A stretch of DNA of 64,000 nucleotides. Source: Antedon mediterranea. Lineage: Eukaryota > Animalia > Echinodermata. The stretch covers positions 2,857,788-2,921,787 of the forward strand of contig NC_092676.1 of NCBI RefSeq assembly GCF_964355755.1, in the 5' to 3' direction. The first letter of the stretch is position 1. The number at the start of each line of letters is the position of its first letter. A program made the translations under genes and the position numbers. The notes under the pieces are model-generated. The model worked only from the letters and a program-made list of their open reading frames with translations, searched no databases and was not told where the DNA came from. Positions 1 through 14,457 of this stretch are shown piece by piece.

Positions 1-319
1 AAATTACTAGATATATAATATCATACAAAATAATACTGTATCGTTTGCTGTCTTGTTTTTGATTGCCACAAATCAAAGGCCGATGATAGATTCCTGAGGC
101 AACTTAACTCGTTGAACTTAGGGGAATGTCATCAACATCTTCCATTACTGTACAGAATCTCGTTTGAGTTACTCAGAATAGTCGCATATGTCAAAAGCAT
201 ATTTAACATCTTTCATTTGGAATATCAAATTTGATTGAGACCTATAATGTATTGATGCCAAAATACATTAAAGTAGTCAATTTAACTAAACTACCTGATC
301 TAACAAAGTAACTCTCTAA

Positions 320-760
320 TTCTCATCTCTTATCTCATAGCCTATTTCACCCACTGCTGTGTGAAGGCCTCCTTCAGCTGTTTTCATTTAGTTCTGTTCC
401 TTGCCGATCTTTCCCATGTTGCCGTTTCCATGTACGTTGTTATATCGTCACGCCATCTTCTTTTTTGCCGTCCTCTTCTTCTTCTCCCTGTCCTTGGCTG
501 CCATTCATTCAATCTCTTCGTCCATCTGTTGTCGTCTCTTCTGGCTATGTGTCCTGCCCATGTCCATTTCAATTCTTTGATCTTTACCATGATGTCTTTG
601 ACTTTTGTTCTTTTCCGTATCTCACTATGCTTTACTCTGTCTCGTATTGATAGATTTACCAATTTTCTTTCCATCGCTCTTTGTGTTGTTATCAATTTTT
701 GTTCCATCTCTTTCGTTGTTGCCCATGTCTCTGCCCCATAAACTATAGTTGTTAGAACTC
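320..760 (-). mobile_element. RTE-clade LINE 3' fragment
   Basis: ORF 384..707 reads KWTWAGHIARRDDNRWTKRLNEWQPRTGRRRRGRQKRRWRDDI, the typical RTE ORF C-terminus. It is followed by a short 3' UTR and a (TGAGA)-like tail near 320-340. Confidence 0.85.
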
Positions 761-799
761 TCTAATTACTCCTATTATTAAAGGGCATTCAAGTGCTTC

Positions 800-1150
800 T
801 GACAATGATATGAAAAGAGAAATGGAAAGAAAAATGGAACGAAAAATGGAAAGAGAATGTTTGAGGTCACATTAAAACAAAAAATTTAAAACACTGTGAT
901 AAGAAAATTCACAAAAGATATAATGGACAAAGTAAAAGAAGCCAAATGGCGATGGCCAGGTCACATAGGAAGAAGAGAAGACAACAGATGGACCAAAAGA
1001 TTGACAGAATGGCAGTGGCAGCTGAGAATCAGCAAAAGAAGAGGAAGACAAAGACACAGATGGAAGGATGAAATCATATTCTACTTGGGCTAGGACAGCA
1101 CAGAAACGAAAGGCTTCAGGCGGGCTACATCTGACAAGGAATGATAGAGC
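800..1150 (+). mobile_element. Second, more degraded RTE LINE 3' fragment in opposite orientation
   Basis: ORF 896..1093 reads KWRWPGHIGRREDNRWTKRLTEW...KRRGRQRHRWKDEI, homologous to the copy at 384..707. Confidence 0.8.
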
Positions 1151-1699
1151 CGAGGTAAGGTAAGGCCCTCTGAGACAACACATTAAATCATAGTATCAAT
1201 CACATAGCAATTGTCTCAGCACCAACTTGTGTTCACTAAGCTGGGTACAATATAGTCCAGGTCTCATGTATACCACTATTTCTAATTTCCTTACCAGCAG
1301 TTGCCATACCACTACAAATACAGTACAGTGCAAGTACACTATATTTATCTATCTAATAAAATCAAAATTTCACTACAGTTCAAAACAGTACTGTAGTTGA
1401 AGTATAAGTAATGCAATGTTGTGTCAATTTTATTTATTTAAACGTATTTGAACTTGTCATTTATTATAACATATTCATTTTAAATTGTCTCGCTATATAA
1501 ACTTTTTTTTTGTGGAAATTTTAGTTAATTTGTTTGTTTGTTGGTTTGTTTTGACCATATTTAATGAGGATGATCCATTCAGCAATTGCTGATCATTAGG
1601 GACCCTCAGAGGTTCACAAGAAAAACATATACACAAGATGCTCTACATAAACAAAGTTTTATTACAAGTCTTTGGGAGTGGAGTTGTAATTTTGTCCTT

Positions 1700-1792
1700 A
1701 GAAAAAAATCCTGACATGTGACAGGACTTCAACCCAGGACCCTTGGATAGATTGGTAGCCAAGGATCATAACCACCAAGCCACAACTCCACA
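1700..1792 (-). mobile_element. tRNA-derived SINE head, degenerate; related copy at ~20070-20150
   Basis: Minus strand shows an A-box-like GTGGCTTGGTGG and a B-box-like GGGTTGAAGTCC. The 20070-20150 copy shares GTGGAG(T/C)TGT...CCAAGG(G)TCC(T/A)GGGTT(G/C)AA. Confidence 0.5.
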
Positions 1793-1794
1793 TT

Positions 1795-2115
1795 CAGGGA
1801 CACCTCTATCAAGGGGACACTTTCTCATGAAAAGAATGCGCTGCAATGTAATGTTTTAACTTTATGGCCAACTCCTATTCAGAGGACACCTCTATTCTGG
1901 GGACGCTTTCCTGTGAAAAATATAAAGGGAAATAATATGTTTCAACACTATGGCCAATCCCTGGGGACATCTCTAATCATGGGACACTTTATCATGAAAA
2001 GAATAAGGGGCAATATAATGTTTTAACACTATATGGACAAGCCCTGAGGGACACCTCTATTAAGAGGACAATCTTTTGAGTCTCGACGGTGTCCCCTTAA
2101 TAGGGGTTCCCCTAT
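1795..2115. mobile_element. Tc1/mariner(pogo)-type MITE family with repeated GGGGACACCTCTATT motif
   Basis: The motif recurs here and at ~13335-13530, ~14960-15090, ~21825-22050, ~31715-31808 and ~36950-37235. The copy at 19840-19936 shows intact termini. Confidence 0.6.
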
Positions 2116-2890
2116 ACTAATAATTCAAAAACTGCAATGACTTTACATAATGTTATCTATTGAACTAGAGTTCATTTTCATACATTCCAAGTGAATAAGT
2201 TGATTAATCTTGTACAGCACATGTTATCATGTAGAACTTTGAAATACAATGTCCCTTTTAATTATTAGCTTCATATCATATATATTATCATGTTACACGG
2301 CAAGTTGTAGTTGCTTACAAGGCACTTTAATTTTAATCATGTCAATTTCCGTGAAAAAGTAATAAATTAAATAGACATTCACCACATTTGCTGTTTAAAA
2401 GAGTAATTTTTCAGACAGATTAGGTTTAACTAATGTTCACATGAATTATATGAAGGTTTTAAACTTTTTACGATTGTGGAAATCAATCGCAAAACGATTG
2501 TGAAGTCAACAAGTTAATGTTTTTCTACTACACAAAGAATATTTACAAGATTGCTCATATAGAATAGTGCTACTATATGTACCTAATTGTTGAAACCTTT
2601 CATTTAAAAATGCCTAAAAATTATGCTTTTTTCTAGCTTGATGGATTGGATGGCAAGTCTAGAATTGCTTTACCAATAAACACTAGGTTAATAGTTACTA
2701 CTTTATTAATTAAGCCAATTGAGTCAATATCAAACTGAAATCTTTAGAACCGTACTCCAACATAGAAAATCAAAACTTTCTAAAAAAATTGTAAAAATTT
2801 GCTTGTTGAGCTGGCAAAAAATAATAGTTATATTTATTTTAAAATACTGTGGTATAGCATGCTGTTTCTTAGTAGTAGAAATGGCCCTTA

Positions 2891-3024
2891 AACTCTGTCT
2901 ACACTATCAAACTTTATGTGACAAAACAATGTGATATGTTTATGGACATGATGATGTCATATCACTACCATATTTTGGCACATCACACTTTTTTTCAAAC
3001 TAGTTTGATAGTGTAGACAGAGCT
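2891..3024. mobile_element. PIF/Harbinger-type MITE family A
   Basis: TIRs A(G/A)CTCTGTCTACACTATCAAACT...AGTTTGATAGTGTAGACAGAGCT flanked by TWA. About 15 copies or fragments in the window. Confidence 0.85.
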
Positions 3025-3427
3025 TAAGAATCAACTTATGAACTCACAACCAGGAGAGTTCTTTATCAAACAAACGTCACAGAAAATGTACAATCATTTA
3101 TTTCAATAAAGTCAGTCTAAATGTCTTGATAATCATTTGTACAAATCCAATTCCAAGATTCCAAGCATAGGGATTGAAGTCTTCCAACTAACAGATATAT
3201 TTTGAAAACATTTGAATGGTTAGAATCAACTATAAATAGTTACCTACTAACACTTTAATAACTTGAATTATTGCCATCAGCTCGCATTGATCGTGCTAGA
3301 TATCTTTTTGGATTACTTCACTATTTTTAAATGCTTACCTAAAAGAACTGCTATAGTATTTTAAAAACAAATTCATTTAAATTATTCCATAGTAACTACA
3401 ATAATTTAAGAGTATCTACAGGCTTAA

Positions 3428-3620
3428 GGCCAATTTATACAGACACCCGGTAATCGCGAAATAAAAATATAGAATAGAAAACCGCATGCATTGTCCCACG
3501 TAGAATCTGTATCGGTCCTAAGCAAAAAAAAAATGCCCGTCCTCTCCGCGTTGTGTGTAAATGATCATAAGGAATAACAGATTCTATCTTTGTATTACCA
3601 TTACTGCTCGTAAATTGGCC
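3428..3620. mobile_element. TTAA-flanked MITE (Kolobok-like)
   Basis: TTAA|GGCCAATTTA...TAAATTGGCC|TTAA; inverted termini with a TTAA target duplication. Confidence 0.65.
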
Positions 3621-4073
3621 TTAATGTAAATCTAAAGACACAATGGCTATGCATTAAAATACAGAAAAAAAAAACCAACACAGCCAGTAATTGCAGACAC
3701 ATGTATTTTCATTAGTAGCCGATAACAAAACATGTTCCTCTCTCCTCTTAATGATGGGAATGGATTTGAACTCTGACATTCAGACAAACACATGCCACAT
3801 CCGTAATTAGGAATAGCAATACTTTGTCGATCTACCTGACAAAATGGTAACATATTGCTTTCGGAGGTAAACCAACAATTTCATGATGTGATTACAAATG
3901 TTTTTAACCAATAAACATTCTTTAAAAATACTAATTTTGACAGAATTTGACAAGCTGTCAATCAGAAAATTTACCGAGTGCTGTTATTTTGTAAGTAACT
4001 TATTTTAATATAAGAAATCTTTTGTGCCCCATTCAATCAGGTTGTAATTTTGTTAAATGATGGCAAATTGTTA

Positions 4074-4233
4074 AGCTCTGTCTACAGTATCAAATTAGTT
4101 TGACAACAAAAATGTGATGTGCCCAAATATGATAGTGATATGCCTAAATATGGTAGTGATATGATATCATCGTGTCCATATATGGGCACATCATATTTTT
4201 TTGTCTCATAAAGTTTGATAGTGTAGACAAAGA
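4074..4233. mobile_element. Harbinger MITE family A copy
   Basis: AGCTCTGTCTACAGTATCAAA...AGTTTGATAGTGTAGACAAAG with internal 21-bp units. Confidence 0.85.
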
Positions 4234-7029
4234 CTTTTAATATAGGCCTAAATTCCTCACAGGTTATGAATTATACCCAGTAATTTCAACCTCATAAAAC
4301 ATTGGATATAACACACAAAAAAAATCTAATAGCCTACATAAAAGATGAACTGCTTAAAAATAAATGTTTATTCTCATAACAATAAAAGTCGTAAAAATAT
4401 TTTTTTTTTACATTTTGGAATATAGGTTTCCTTTATCAAGTTATCTATACAGAAATAGCATATTTTTATTGTACAAATTTGTCATATAATATCTAGGCCA
4501 TCCTTTGGGTAAATTTTAATATCTGACCAATGTAGAAAAAATGTAAAGGTACATGAGGTAATAAAGAAATAACACGGAATAATAACAATACTGTTATAGC
4601 TCACAAAAATTATGAAATTTATACTTATATTTAACAAAATAATATTTTTATATTCAAAATGTGTTCATATCAAGAAAGATTACAGTTTTTCCCTAATCCT
4701 ACACATAAAATGTTTTAATATGCTGTGTGCATACATCGTTAATAATCAGCTTTTACTAGTTTTACTAGCATTAAGAAGTCTCTAGAATAAATCCATCAAC
4801 TATTGGAAAAAACACTGTCAGTGATTGCAAGTAAAATGTATTATTATTCGATGACATGAGGAAATTTTGGATTAGGCCCTTTATGAAACCATGGCAGCCA
4901 TTTTGTGTTTCCTACCATGATCAACAGACCAGGGATTTATTAAATACTTTTCTTGAATAGCTTTACTAGGTTTACGATCATACACATGTGCATTGTATGT
5001 ACATGTCCCATCTGAAGGACGCGCTTTTCTAGGGATACAAGTAATATGGCACAGACAGGTCTATAAAATATGCCTCTCCCATGCTAGTCCGATTGCCTTA
5101 TCGTAATGCCATATGATTAGAAAACTGAAATATGTTAAAACTTTTTTTGCCTTCAATGAAATCGGAAGACTGTAGTTGCGTTACTCAATTCTCCATTGTT
5201 TGATACTACCAGATCTGACTTGGCGTTTTTTCATAATAGCAACCAAAATTCAGTAGAATCACACACTGAAATCAATTTGCATACACTCCAGGGCAGACTG
5301 ACTACCCACGTTCATACAGTGGTACTATAAATAATACAATAAATACCTTTTTAATAAAGTATTTTTATTGATATAATTAAACACTTTTAACTTTAACTGA
5401 AAACAACCACTCGACAGTAACTACCAGTTTGTACATTATCGTCCAATCAGAATATCTTTGATTATTAGGACTTCTTTTAGGACAACATTACAATAGTTTA
5501 ATCTATCATTGCTAGGCCATCAAAAGTACAATGTCAGGTTGGAAGATTGAGAACCCTGTGGCGCGAAAGGCTTCTAGTACCTGGCCTAACGACTGCCATT
5601 TAAACTTAATCACTTCAAACTAATCCTACAGACAAATGAACTTGTGCGTAATCTGTATCATCTTACTCGTTAGCAGTAATAAACCTTTTAAATCAAATTA
5701 TCTAGCTGGAAGAAGATTGTTTTAAGCAATTTAGTTATTTGTGTACGCACTAAAGCTTTGTTTTTTATCTTTTATTGAAAAACAGAAAAAATTAATGTTA
5801 TTACGGTCTATTTTCATATTCTTTTATTAATTTTAATTCATAAAAATAGTGATATAAACAGATTTTATTTTAAAAAATAATAAAGCCCGAATGAACTTTC
5901 ATAAACAATAAATAAATGATAAAAAATAAGAAAAAGCTTTGTTCTTTAAGCTGCATTTATAAAATTAGCATAAATAATAAATACATTTGTGGAAATTTGT
6001 GTTTCGTTGATCGAAAAAGAAATAATTGTTTTTTTCAATATATTTTATTAAAACGGATTTATTTTCTTTCAGAAATGGCGAAATTGAGAAAAAATTGGTG
6101 TACGGAAAGGGACGAGGGTTGAAGAACTATGCTGCAAGTCTATCAACGTTAAACAAGGTTACAAGGTCTATACATCAAATTCTTCATAATTATAATCCAC
6201 AATATAGCATTCCGTAGATATTGTGTGCGAACAAATAAATCACTTTTTATGTTCTTTTCTTCTGCCTTTATTACCCGTCACAGATAAATAGCAAAAGCAA
6301 TTCCAATGAAAACCGTTATTTATAATATGGTATGCCATTTATTATTAGCGAAATAACCAGATTTGTCCCAGTTTTTTTAAAACAAATACTGACCTATACA
6401 CTGTCAAGATTAATAACAAAATATTGTACACCTACAGAAGCTAAGAAAATGCTACAAATTACTTCTAAACCAGTAATAAGGAACGCATCAAGGAAAACAT
6501 TTAATATAAGAAAATATACCTTATTTTTGTAATAGAATATTAAAGTTTATTTAATGAAAATCTAGAACAGCTAACATAAAAGAAATGATTAAAAGTGACA
6601 AAAGTTTGATGAAAAACTAATGTTCCCCTAGTACCTTGTCAATATCAATAATGTTTATGTTTAGTTGTTCCAGATATTTTATTGAAAATTCTTTCAATGC
6701 CTAATTCATGAAAGATATACAGAATCATCAACCGAGATGCGGATATGAACATTGAACTCTTGGCCGAATGACAGCTATTATTCTTTGTAATTACGGAATA
6801 CATTTTAAAATATTGCGGGTTATTTTGCTTGAGGCAAAAAGTTTTAAATCTTATGTAAAACGAAATATAGCCATATCTGCTGCATCTGATTCCAGAGATT
6901 GTTCCTTTATACAGACATTAGCAGAAGAATTGAAGAGTTCATCAACCACTACTAACAGAATCTCCCGCTTAAATCCAGTACTTGGGAATAAAACAAAACT
7001 CTGCCATTTTTTAAAGTTAGATTGAAAAT

Positions 7030-7270
7030 CTGTCGCTTTTGTCACCAAAACAAGTAAGTTTGAAAGCCTGACACTTTTTGTCACCAAAACAAGTAAGTTT
7101 GTAAGCCTGACGCTTTTGTCACCAAAACAGGTAAGTTTGGAAGTCTGACGATTTTTTCCTAAAAACAAGCAAGTTTGGAAGTTTGACAATTTTTTCTTCA
7201 AAACAAGTAAGTTTTGAAGTCTGACACTTTTGTCACCAAAGCAATAAGTTTGGCAGTCTGACGCTTCTAA
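7030..7270. repeat. ~38-bp minisatellite, ~6 copies
   Basis: Unit CTTTTGTCACCAAAACAAGTAAGTTTGAAAGCCTGACA. It explains the spurious ORF 6851..7288. Confidence 0.9.
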
Positions 7271-7749
7271 AGCATAAAGCAAGACCATATGAATTTAATG
7301 CCAATAACAATAGTCTGTTTCAGATGCCAAAGCCAGTAAAGGATGACACTGACACTGATAAAGCATTGATATAATGATTCTTTTTGACAACAAAGCCAAT
7401 GCATGGACATCCAGTCAATACTTAACATGAAAGGCAATCTCTCGTGTCTGACATCCAAAATCTACTTCTAAAAACCAACGTAAGCAAAATAATAGTAATT
7501 GAAGCGTATTGATCTTGAATATGCTAATTGGTATTTGATCAGTACGTGCACATGTTTGTTTTTTTAGACATCAAAATATCGGAACATTAACCATCATTAG
7601 GCCACTCAAGAAATTCAATAGTGACATTCAAGTATTTACTTAAAGACGTGTCTTCAATAATTATTCACAATAGAATTACAATCTTAATCAACCATAATCT
7701 ATATTAATTTTCGATTAATGTAATTTATATGGCAAATTAAGATGCTTAC

Positions 7750-8118
7750 TAATCAATCCTTTCTTATCCAATCCTATCTTTTCCAATCCCTTCTTATCTA
7801 TTTTTTTCTTATCCAATCTTTCTAAAGTAATCCAAACCACTCTTATCCAATTCTTTTCCAATATCCAATCCTTTCTAATCCAATCCTTTCTAATCTAATC
7901 CTTTCTAATCCAATACTTTCTTATCTTATCTAATCCTTTCTAAAGTAATCCAATCTACACTTATCCAATCCTTTCTAATCCAATCCTTTCTAATCCAATC
8001 CTTGCTCAACCAATCCTTTTTCAATCAATCCTTTATTATCTTATCTAATACTTTCTTATCTAATCCTATCTTATCTAGTCTTTTCTGATCAAATCTTTTT
8101 TTAATCAAATCCTTCTTC
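7750..8118. repeat. Degenerate 15-bp minisatellite (ATCCAATCCTTTCTA)n
   Basis: Directly visible tandem array. Confidence 0.9.
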
Positions 8119-9055
8119 GATTCTTTACCTTGATCTTCAGTACTATCTTATCTCCATGCTTATACAATTCCTTAAACAGATTGTTGTTGAAAATTGGAGT
8201 AGTCGCACTGTTCTACTGACTAACTGAAAACATTTCAATAAGGTGTAATATACAATCATAATCCATAAAAACAGCCTGAAATAAATCCATCTCTTTCAGC
8301 GTCCAACAATAATATTTAAAACAACTCGATAAAAATAAACACAGACATATCAGGCTGCATATACAAATACCAATGTCTTATAATCTTCAATCAATACTTT
8401 AACAGATTATATTTAAACCACAATTTCATTAAATTTAATCCACAATTTGATTACAGTTTTAATTAAAAAAAAAAATCAATTTGCAGTTCAACCATTTTGT
8501 TAGTTATCTTAGAAATCTATTCTTTGGTGAAATAAGAAAGCCAAGTCAGACGGTAAATATTAAGAATTAAACCTTCTGATATATGTCACAATAAACGCAG
8601 AATGTGGATATTGATTTTAGAATTAAGTAATAGTTAATAAAGATCTTTTTTTTAATTTGATTTCTTTACAGAAAAACAACTTTCTATTATGAAAGAATAT
8701 CAATATTGTTAAATTTAAAACTTATTTTAAAAACTTTTATTATCACTGCAATTAACTTTTAGAAATGGAAAAAAAGATTGATAAAATGTTTACTTTTTAA
8801 AATTTCAGTAAACTAAAGAATTATTAACAATATAGGTTTATTTTTTTTTTAATGTGATTTGTTACAGCAAATGCTAGAAAGAAATTCAAAACAACTAAAC
8901 TTAAACTCTGACTATCTTAAAATTTATTAATGACTTTAATTCTAATTGTTTACTGTTATGTTTACTTTGTCAGCTGGAGAAAACTTCTTTACATTCTTAA
9001 AAGCTGAATTGCATTATAAACTTAAACAAATTAGAAAAAGTACTCTTTGTCTTAC

Positions 9056-9139
9056 CATTCTGTGCAACAACTCATGTTTTGTGTAACCTTCCTCCGCGTT
9101 AGGGTCCACAATTTGAACTGATCTGGATGCCCCTTCCAT
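9056..9139 (-). CDS. Candidate first coding exon of an unidentified gene running left out of the window
   Basis: agtATGG start, 28 open codons (MEGASRSVQIVDPNAEEGYTKHELLHRM), then a strong donor ATG|GTAAGA. GC is locally raised. I recognise no homology. Confidence 0.35.
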
Positions 9140-11918
9140 ACTAACTCAAATAATTTAGTTGCAAAACACAAATAAATATCTATTTAGTAAAAGTTCAATT
9201 GTTTGAAAACGTTTCCTCAGAGTATAAATAACTTCATCTTTTTCATCATAACGTTAAAAAATATATTCCTTTCTTCAACATGAACTTAAGTCAACTAGAA
9301 AAACTTGCGATTTGCTGTAATGCACTCATTCATTAGAAGGTATGATAAATTATAAACCTTTCCAAAAGTTCCAAAGAGTGGATAAAACTACCAGAGACAT
9401 TAAGATCAGTGTACAACTATCGGAACCTAAAGTGAATACTGCCTCGTATCGTACATGCTTCTAGATTCAAACACTGTGCTTAGCTGTGTGCATTCAACCG
9501 TAAATCCCTCAATGTAAACTTCGGGTTGTGTGCAGTTAATGAAAGAAATTGCGGTACATTACTGCTTGCTGTTGAAAAACACGCTGCTAAGAATTAAATA
9601 AAAATAGACAGGTAGTTTATGATTTTCTCGACCTATCCATATGTACACCTAAAGCGTGCTAAAATCTGTTTAATATAATTAGACACGGTCAGTATAAATG
9701 TGAGCAGATAACTGTAAACCACGCTTTAAACATTTTTCATGAAAGTCATGAAATATTTACTATGTCATGGGTATATGTGTTACAGTCTTGTACGCATCGC
9801 TAGAAATTATTCTATTTCATTAGCTTGGAATAATCCTTATAAATAACAAATCAACGGGTGCTCTCATTACAATTTTATTTAACGTCAGACAGCAGGCTAG
9901 TTTTTCTTTAGATGCCTGGCTTCTATATTTGTCGGTAATCTATTCTGCTTATAAGTTTAAAGCCGAGTAAGATCAATTGAGAAATGAAAGATGGCGATAA
10001 TGATGATCCCGCTTTTGGAAATAATAATTATATTGGACAGATGATATTGTCGATCAATAAACATACTGATTTTTATCTCAACAGTCATAAGACTATAAAA
10101 TCTAGAGATTCTTTTGCGAAAAACTATTATTGAATTAAACATTTTTACTAATCTAGCAAAAGTATGCACACACAATTACCTAGTAAAATGGGAATTACAC
10201 ATCAATTCCACATTTTGTTTGTGGTGCAAAAAAAAACATCCCTTTATTAAATCAATTAAGCCATCAAAAATAACAATAAACTATTAACAGAATAATCAAA
10301 CAATTTAAGATGAAAAGTATTGAAATGAAATTTGTGCTATTTTAATTGTTTTTATTGTTCTTGTTTTGATTTTCTGATCGTTAACTTTGATGAATAAGTT
10401 GTTATATATACTTTAATCTTATATATTTTATATGTGAGTCTTTAAGGCATCCTGAAATTGCTGATATCACTATTGGATGTATGTGAAATAAAATAAAAAT
10501 AATGGTTGGACTAAATTTAAAATTCACATATAGCACCTTGTTTTAATGTAATGTTCACAACATATGAAATGGCTAATATTTCATTGTACAATCAACATGC
10601 ATATATTTAATAGCTTATTTCCACAGATTCACACTAAGTCCTTCAAACCAATGCTCAAGCTTTATCCTTACTCAGACATGTTTATTTGACATATGTGATA
10701 AATTAGCGTAGCCATTTACCTTTCATTATACAAAACGAACTCGGTCGTCTACATCTATAGTGCTATGTTCTATGAAAAATAATTATTTATTTCTTGAATA
10801 CATTACATTTCCAAAAATGACAATGTTTTATGAATACTGTTATGATTTCCAAGTATGATTATAATATTTTTAAATATCTGCACATTAATAAACAGACACT
10901 TTACTATGTTTTAATTTTTTCTTTTATCAAAGTTAAATACAATCAATGCATTGGATGTAATAAATGATAGTTTTTTTATGAATGCGGCTATAATTTCTAA
11001 GTATCATTATAATATTTATAAATATCTGAACATTAACAATCATTGGAAGGTATTATATTTATATTATTATTATTATTATTATATTTATTATTCAAAATTG
11101 TATGCCAGCTGGTCTGGCATTTTACATTCATCTTTTACTATTTTTAAAAATAATTTTGATGCTTCATGTTTTTTTTATTTGCATTGAATTTGTGAAATAA
11201 AAGTTTATATAACTATAAGTTAAATCGGATGTTCCTATGAAACCTATCAGAACAGATCAAAGAGTTATCAGACTCACAGACACTGTAAATACAGTAGTAG
11301 ATAGCTTAAGGTTTTGTATGTATGCATACTTAACCCTAGTTTGTGTAGACACAGAACAAAAATAATAAAAACAAACAAAAATAATAAAAACAAACAAAAA
11401 TAATAAAAAAACTAAAGTAAAAAAAAAAATGCAGAAAATTAAAAATCATTGAGGCCAATCACGTCTTCACTTCACAAGTGTCGACGACGGGCACAGTTTG
11501 ACGATGAATAGCGAGGCGAAATTGATTATTCAGAATTCCTATTCATGGACAAATGGTCATGTCATCTCCGCACTCCCCAGGCTCATCAAGTATGTATGAG
11601 ATGGGACTCGGTTTTCGCTCAACTCCCTTAAATTAAGGGAGTTAAACTGAACGTAAGCGTTTCGTTTAATTTATCGGATATTTCAACCCATTATTTTTAT
11701 TTAGTGTTTGCTGATTTCTTTTTAATTGGACGATTACTGTATATTTGAAATAATAAACAATATTTAATTTCAATACAAATGCTTTAAAATAATATTTGAT
11801 TATCAATACAGGTGTATAATATTAATAATTTAATATTATTTAGCAATTCAGTACTTTTAAAACTATATTCTGGGGATTTTATCAAATTTCATAAATAAAA
11901 CAATTTACAAGTGGAAGG

Positions 11919-12300
11919 CAGTTACATTAACCTCTTGTTTCGGACACCCTATTCAGGAGAAACTACTAGCAAGGAAACAGTCAACGTTTTTTAAACAATA
12001 TTTTTGGAAAACAAACAAATAGCTTTGTACCAATGGCTGAAAAAAGAGCTCTTATATAAATACAAATTAATTCAACAAATTACAACTAACAAAACTGTGG
12101 TAAGTTTTAAGACAGTTACATTAAAACCTCTTCTTTGGGCACCACACTTTCAGGAGAACCTAGTACTATTAAGCAAACAGTCAATGTTTTTAAACAATAT
12201 TTTCAGCAAACAAATTTGTACCAAGAGGTGACAAAAGAGGCCTAAAGCAGCTTATATATTATAAATACAAATTAATTAAAAACACAAACTGATAAAACTA
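11919..12300. repeat. Diverged ~195-bp tandem duplication
   Basis: CAGTTACATTAA..CCTCTT..TTCAGGAGAA..AAACAGTCAA..TTTTAAACAATATTTT occurs at ~11919 and ~12113. Confidence 0.75.
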
Positions 12301-14457
12301 CGGTCAATTAAAAAAATAAATTAAACAACAAAAACTGATTATACTGTATTTAAATTCACAATATCAACGTATCAATTAAAATAAATAATTAGGATAAATA
12401 TTGCAAGATGCAAATTTCATTAAACAAAATATTTCTATCTATGTAACAATACAAGTTATTAGTACAAATTCAATGCCATTATAAATTCACCTCTAAAAAA
12501 AATTTTCTTTAATTAGCAGGTCAGTTAGACTTGTTCCAAACGTTTAACTTTACTGCATATGAAACTATCCAAGTCTAACTTGTAATGTAATATCTCTAGA
12601 GGGCTCACTTCTCTACTACTATCATCTAAAATATTTCTATTTTGTATTGCTAATGCATTTTAAATTACTGTATGCAATAATCCCACGTGTGCAGTACAAC
12701 TCCCTGCGTGTGCTGACATGTTGCTGAATAGAAAAATTCTGCATTAAGAAAAACCTACAGATATACATAACATTATGCGTATTAGCATACACCATTGTAT
12801 TGCCATTGTAAAAGGATGAACTGTAAAACATAAGACCTCATGTTGGTTAACCGTGGAACAATCTTCCTGGTCCTATTAAAAATGTATCCTCTATCTTAGT
12901 CTTCAAAACACTCTTAAAAACCCATCTTTTTTCTTTGTAATTTCTTTCTGTTCTTTCTCTCAGTGCTTTGGGACAATCTTTTGATTGTATAAGCGCTATA
13001 TTGAACAACATTACATTATTGCAGTATCCCTTTGTTCTAATACACACCTCATTTGCATTTTATTAACATACATTTTTAAAGATTATTATGATTGCAAAAC
13101 CGCAATAAACCTTGGGGTTTTTACAATACGCAAATTAGTCATTATTTCAACCACAGAGAAGAAAGGAATGACTGTAAATTATGGCAAATACTGCCATCAT
13201 CTTGACATTTTATAATCTTTACAATTTTGTTTCAAACATTATGTTTTAAATTACAGTATGTTTTACTATGAATTATGTTGTAATTAAAAATTAAATAAAT
13301 TGTTATATTATTCATAATTTTTCTCATTCAGGCGTAACCCATCCTGTGCGACATCTCTACAGGGGACAACTTAATTCAGGAGACACCCTGTACAGGGGAC
13401 ATTTTCCTGTGAAACCAAACAGAGGCATGTATGATTTAACATATTATTGCCAAACCTCTACTCAAGGGACACCTCTATTACTGGACACTTTCTTGGATGC
13501 ACAAAGTGTCCCTTTGATAGAGGTTCCACTATATATTAATACTTTATAATATTCCTTTGTATTCAATTTGTAGTATATCCAAAAATAATCATCAGAAAAT
13601 CAACAAAATCAAAAGACCTTGATTTGCAAAAACATTACATGGTTTTAATTTGAAAATGTAAAACAAAACACTTATATTATATGCTTTAATAATAAAAATA
13701 TCCATTTAAAAAGAAGTTAATACAAGGTATTTCAAATAAAATATAAAACATACATTATTTTATGCATTAAATTTGTGTATAAAAACATGATATTCCATGT
13801 GAAATAAAACAGAACGTAATTGGAAAAAAATTCTATAGATATAAATGCTTTGTAGTTCTGCATCTTGCAATAAAAAATTATCGTTAAATATTATTCCGAT
13901 TCGTAGATTTTTTCTTAGTTTTTATAAGACATACACCGCATACATCATTTATTTGAGTTGTACTACCGTACCAATAATTATTAATATTAGAAAATTTTTC
14001 ATTTCATACAATTTAAAATGTACGCACTCATTGGCTGGTTCACCGTCATTATGCGGTCGTAGTTATTCATAGATTTAAAAAAAAAATTGGTGTGCTCTTC
14101 CATTACCTTTTTCAACATGACACAGCAAAGCATTAAGATAACGAATATCATATGTTCATTAAAATGTATGCGTAAAGCAGTAAGCATTAACGGCCTTGAA
14201 ACGCGACGACGCTCGTCAACTACTTTCTAATTTTCATCCATTACCTCTCAAATGTTGACTGTATATAGCAATCAACGATACATATACAGTTTAATAATAT
14301 AATCGTAAGCTAGTTGTTCTCTCATTTTGTGCCGATACTAAATTAATTTCAGTCAATTATTATTCAAATTATAATGTTTAATGTTTATAATTATAGTTGA
14401 AGTTGATCCAAATGTTTTAATAGTATATATATATAAAAATAATGTAAATTTGCGCAG

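Noticed and set aside
6851-7288. 145-aa ORF
   Set aside because: Arises from a 38-bp tandem repeat.
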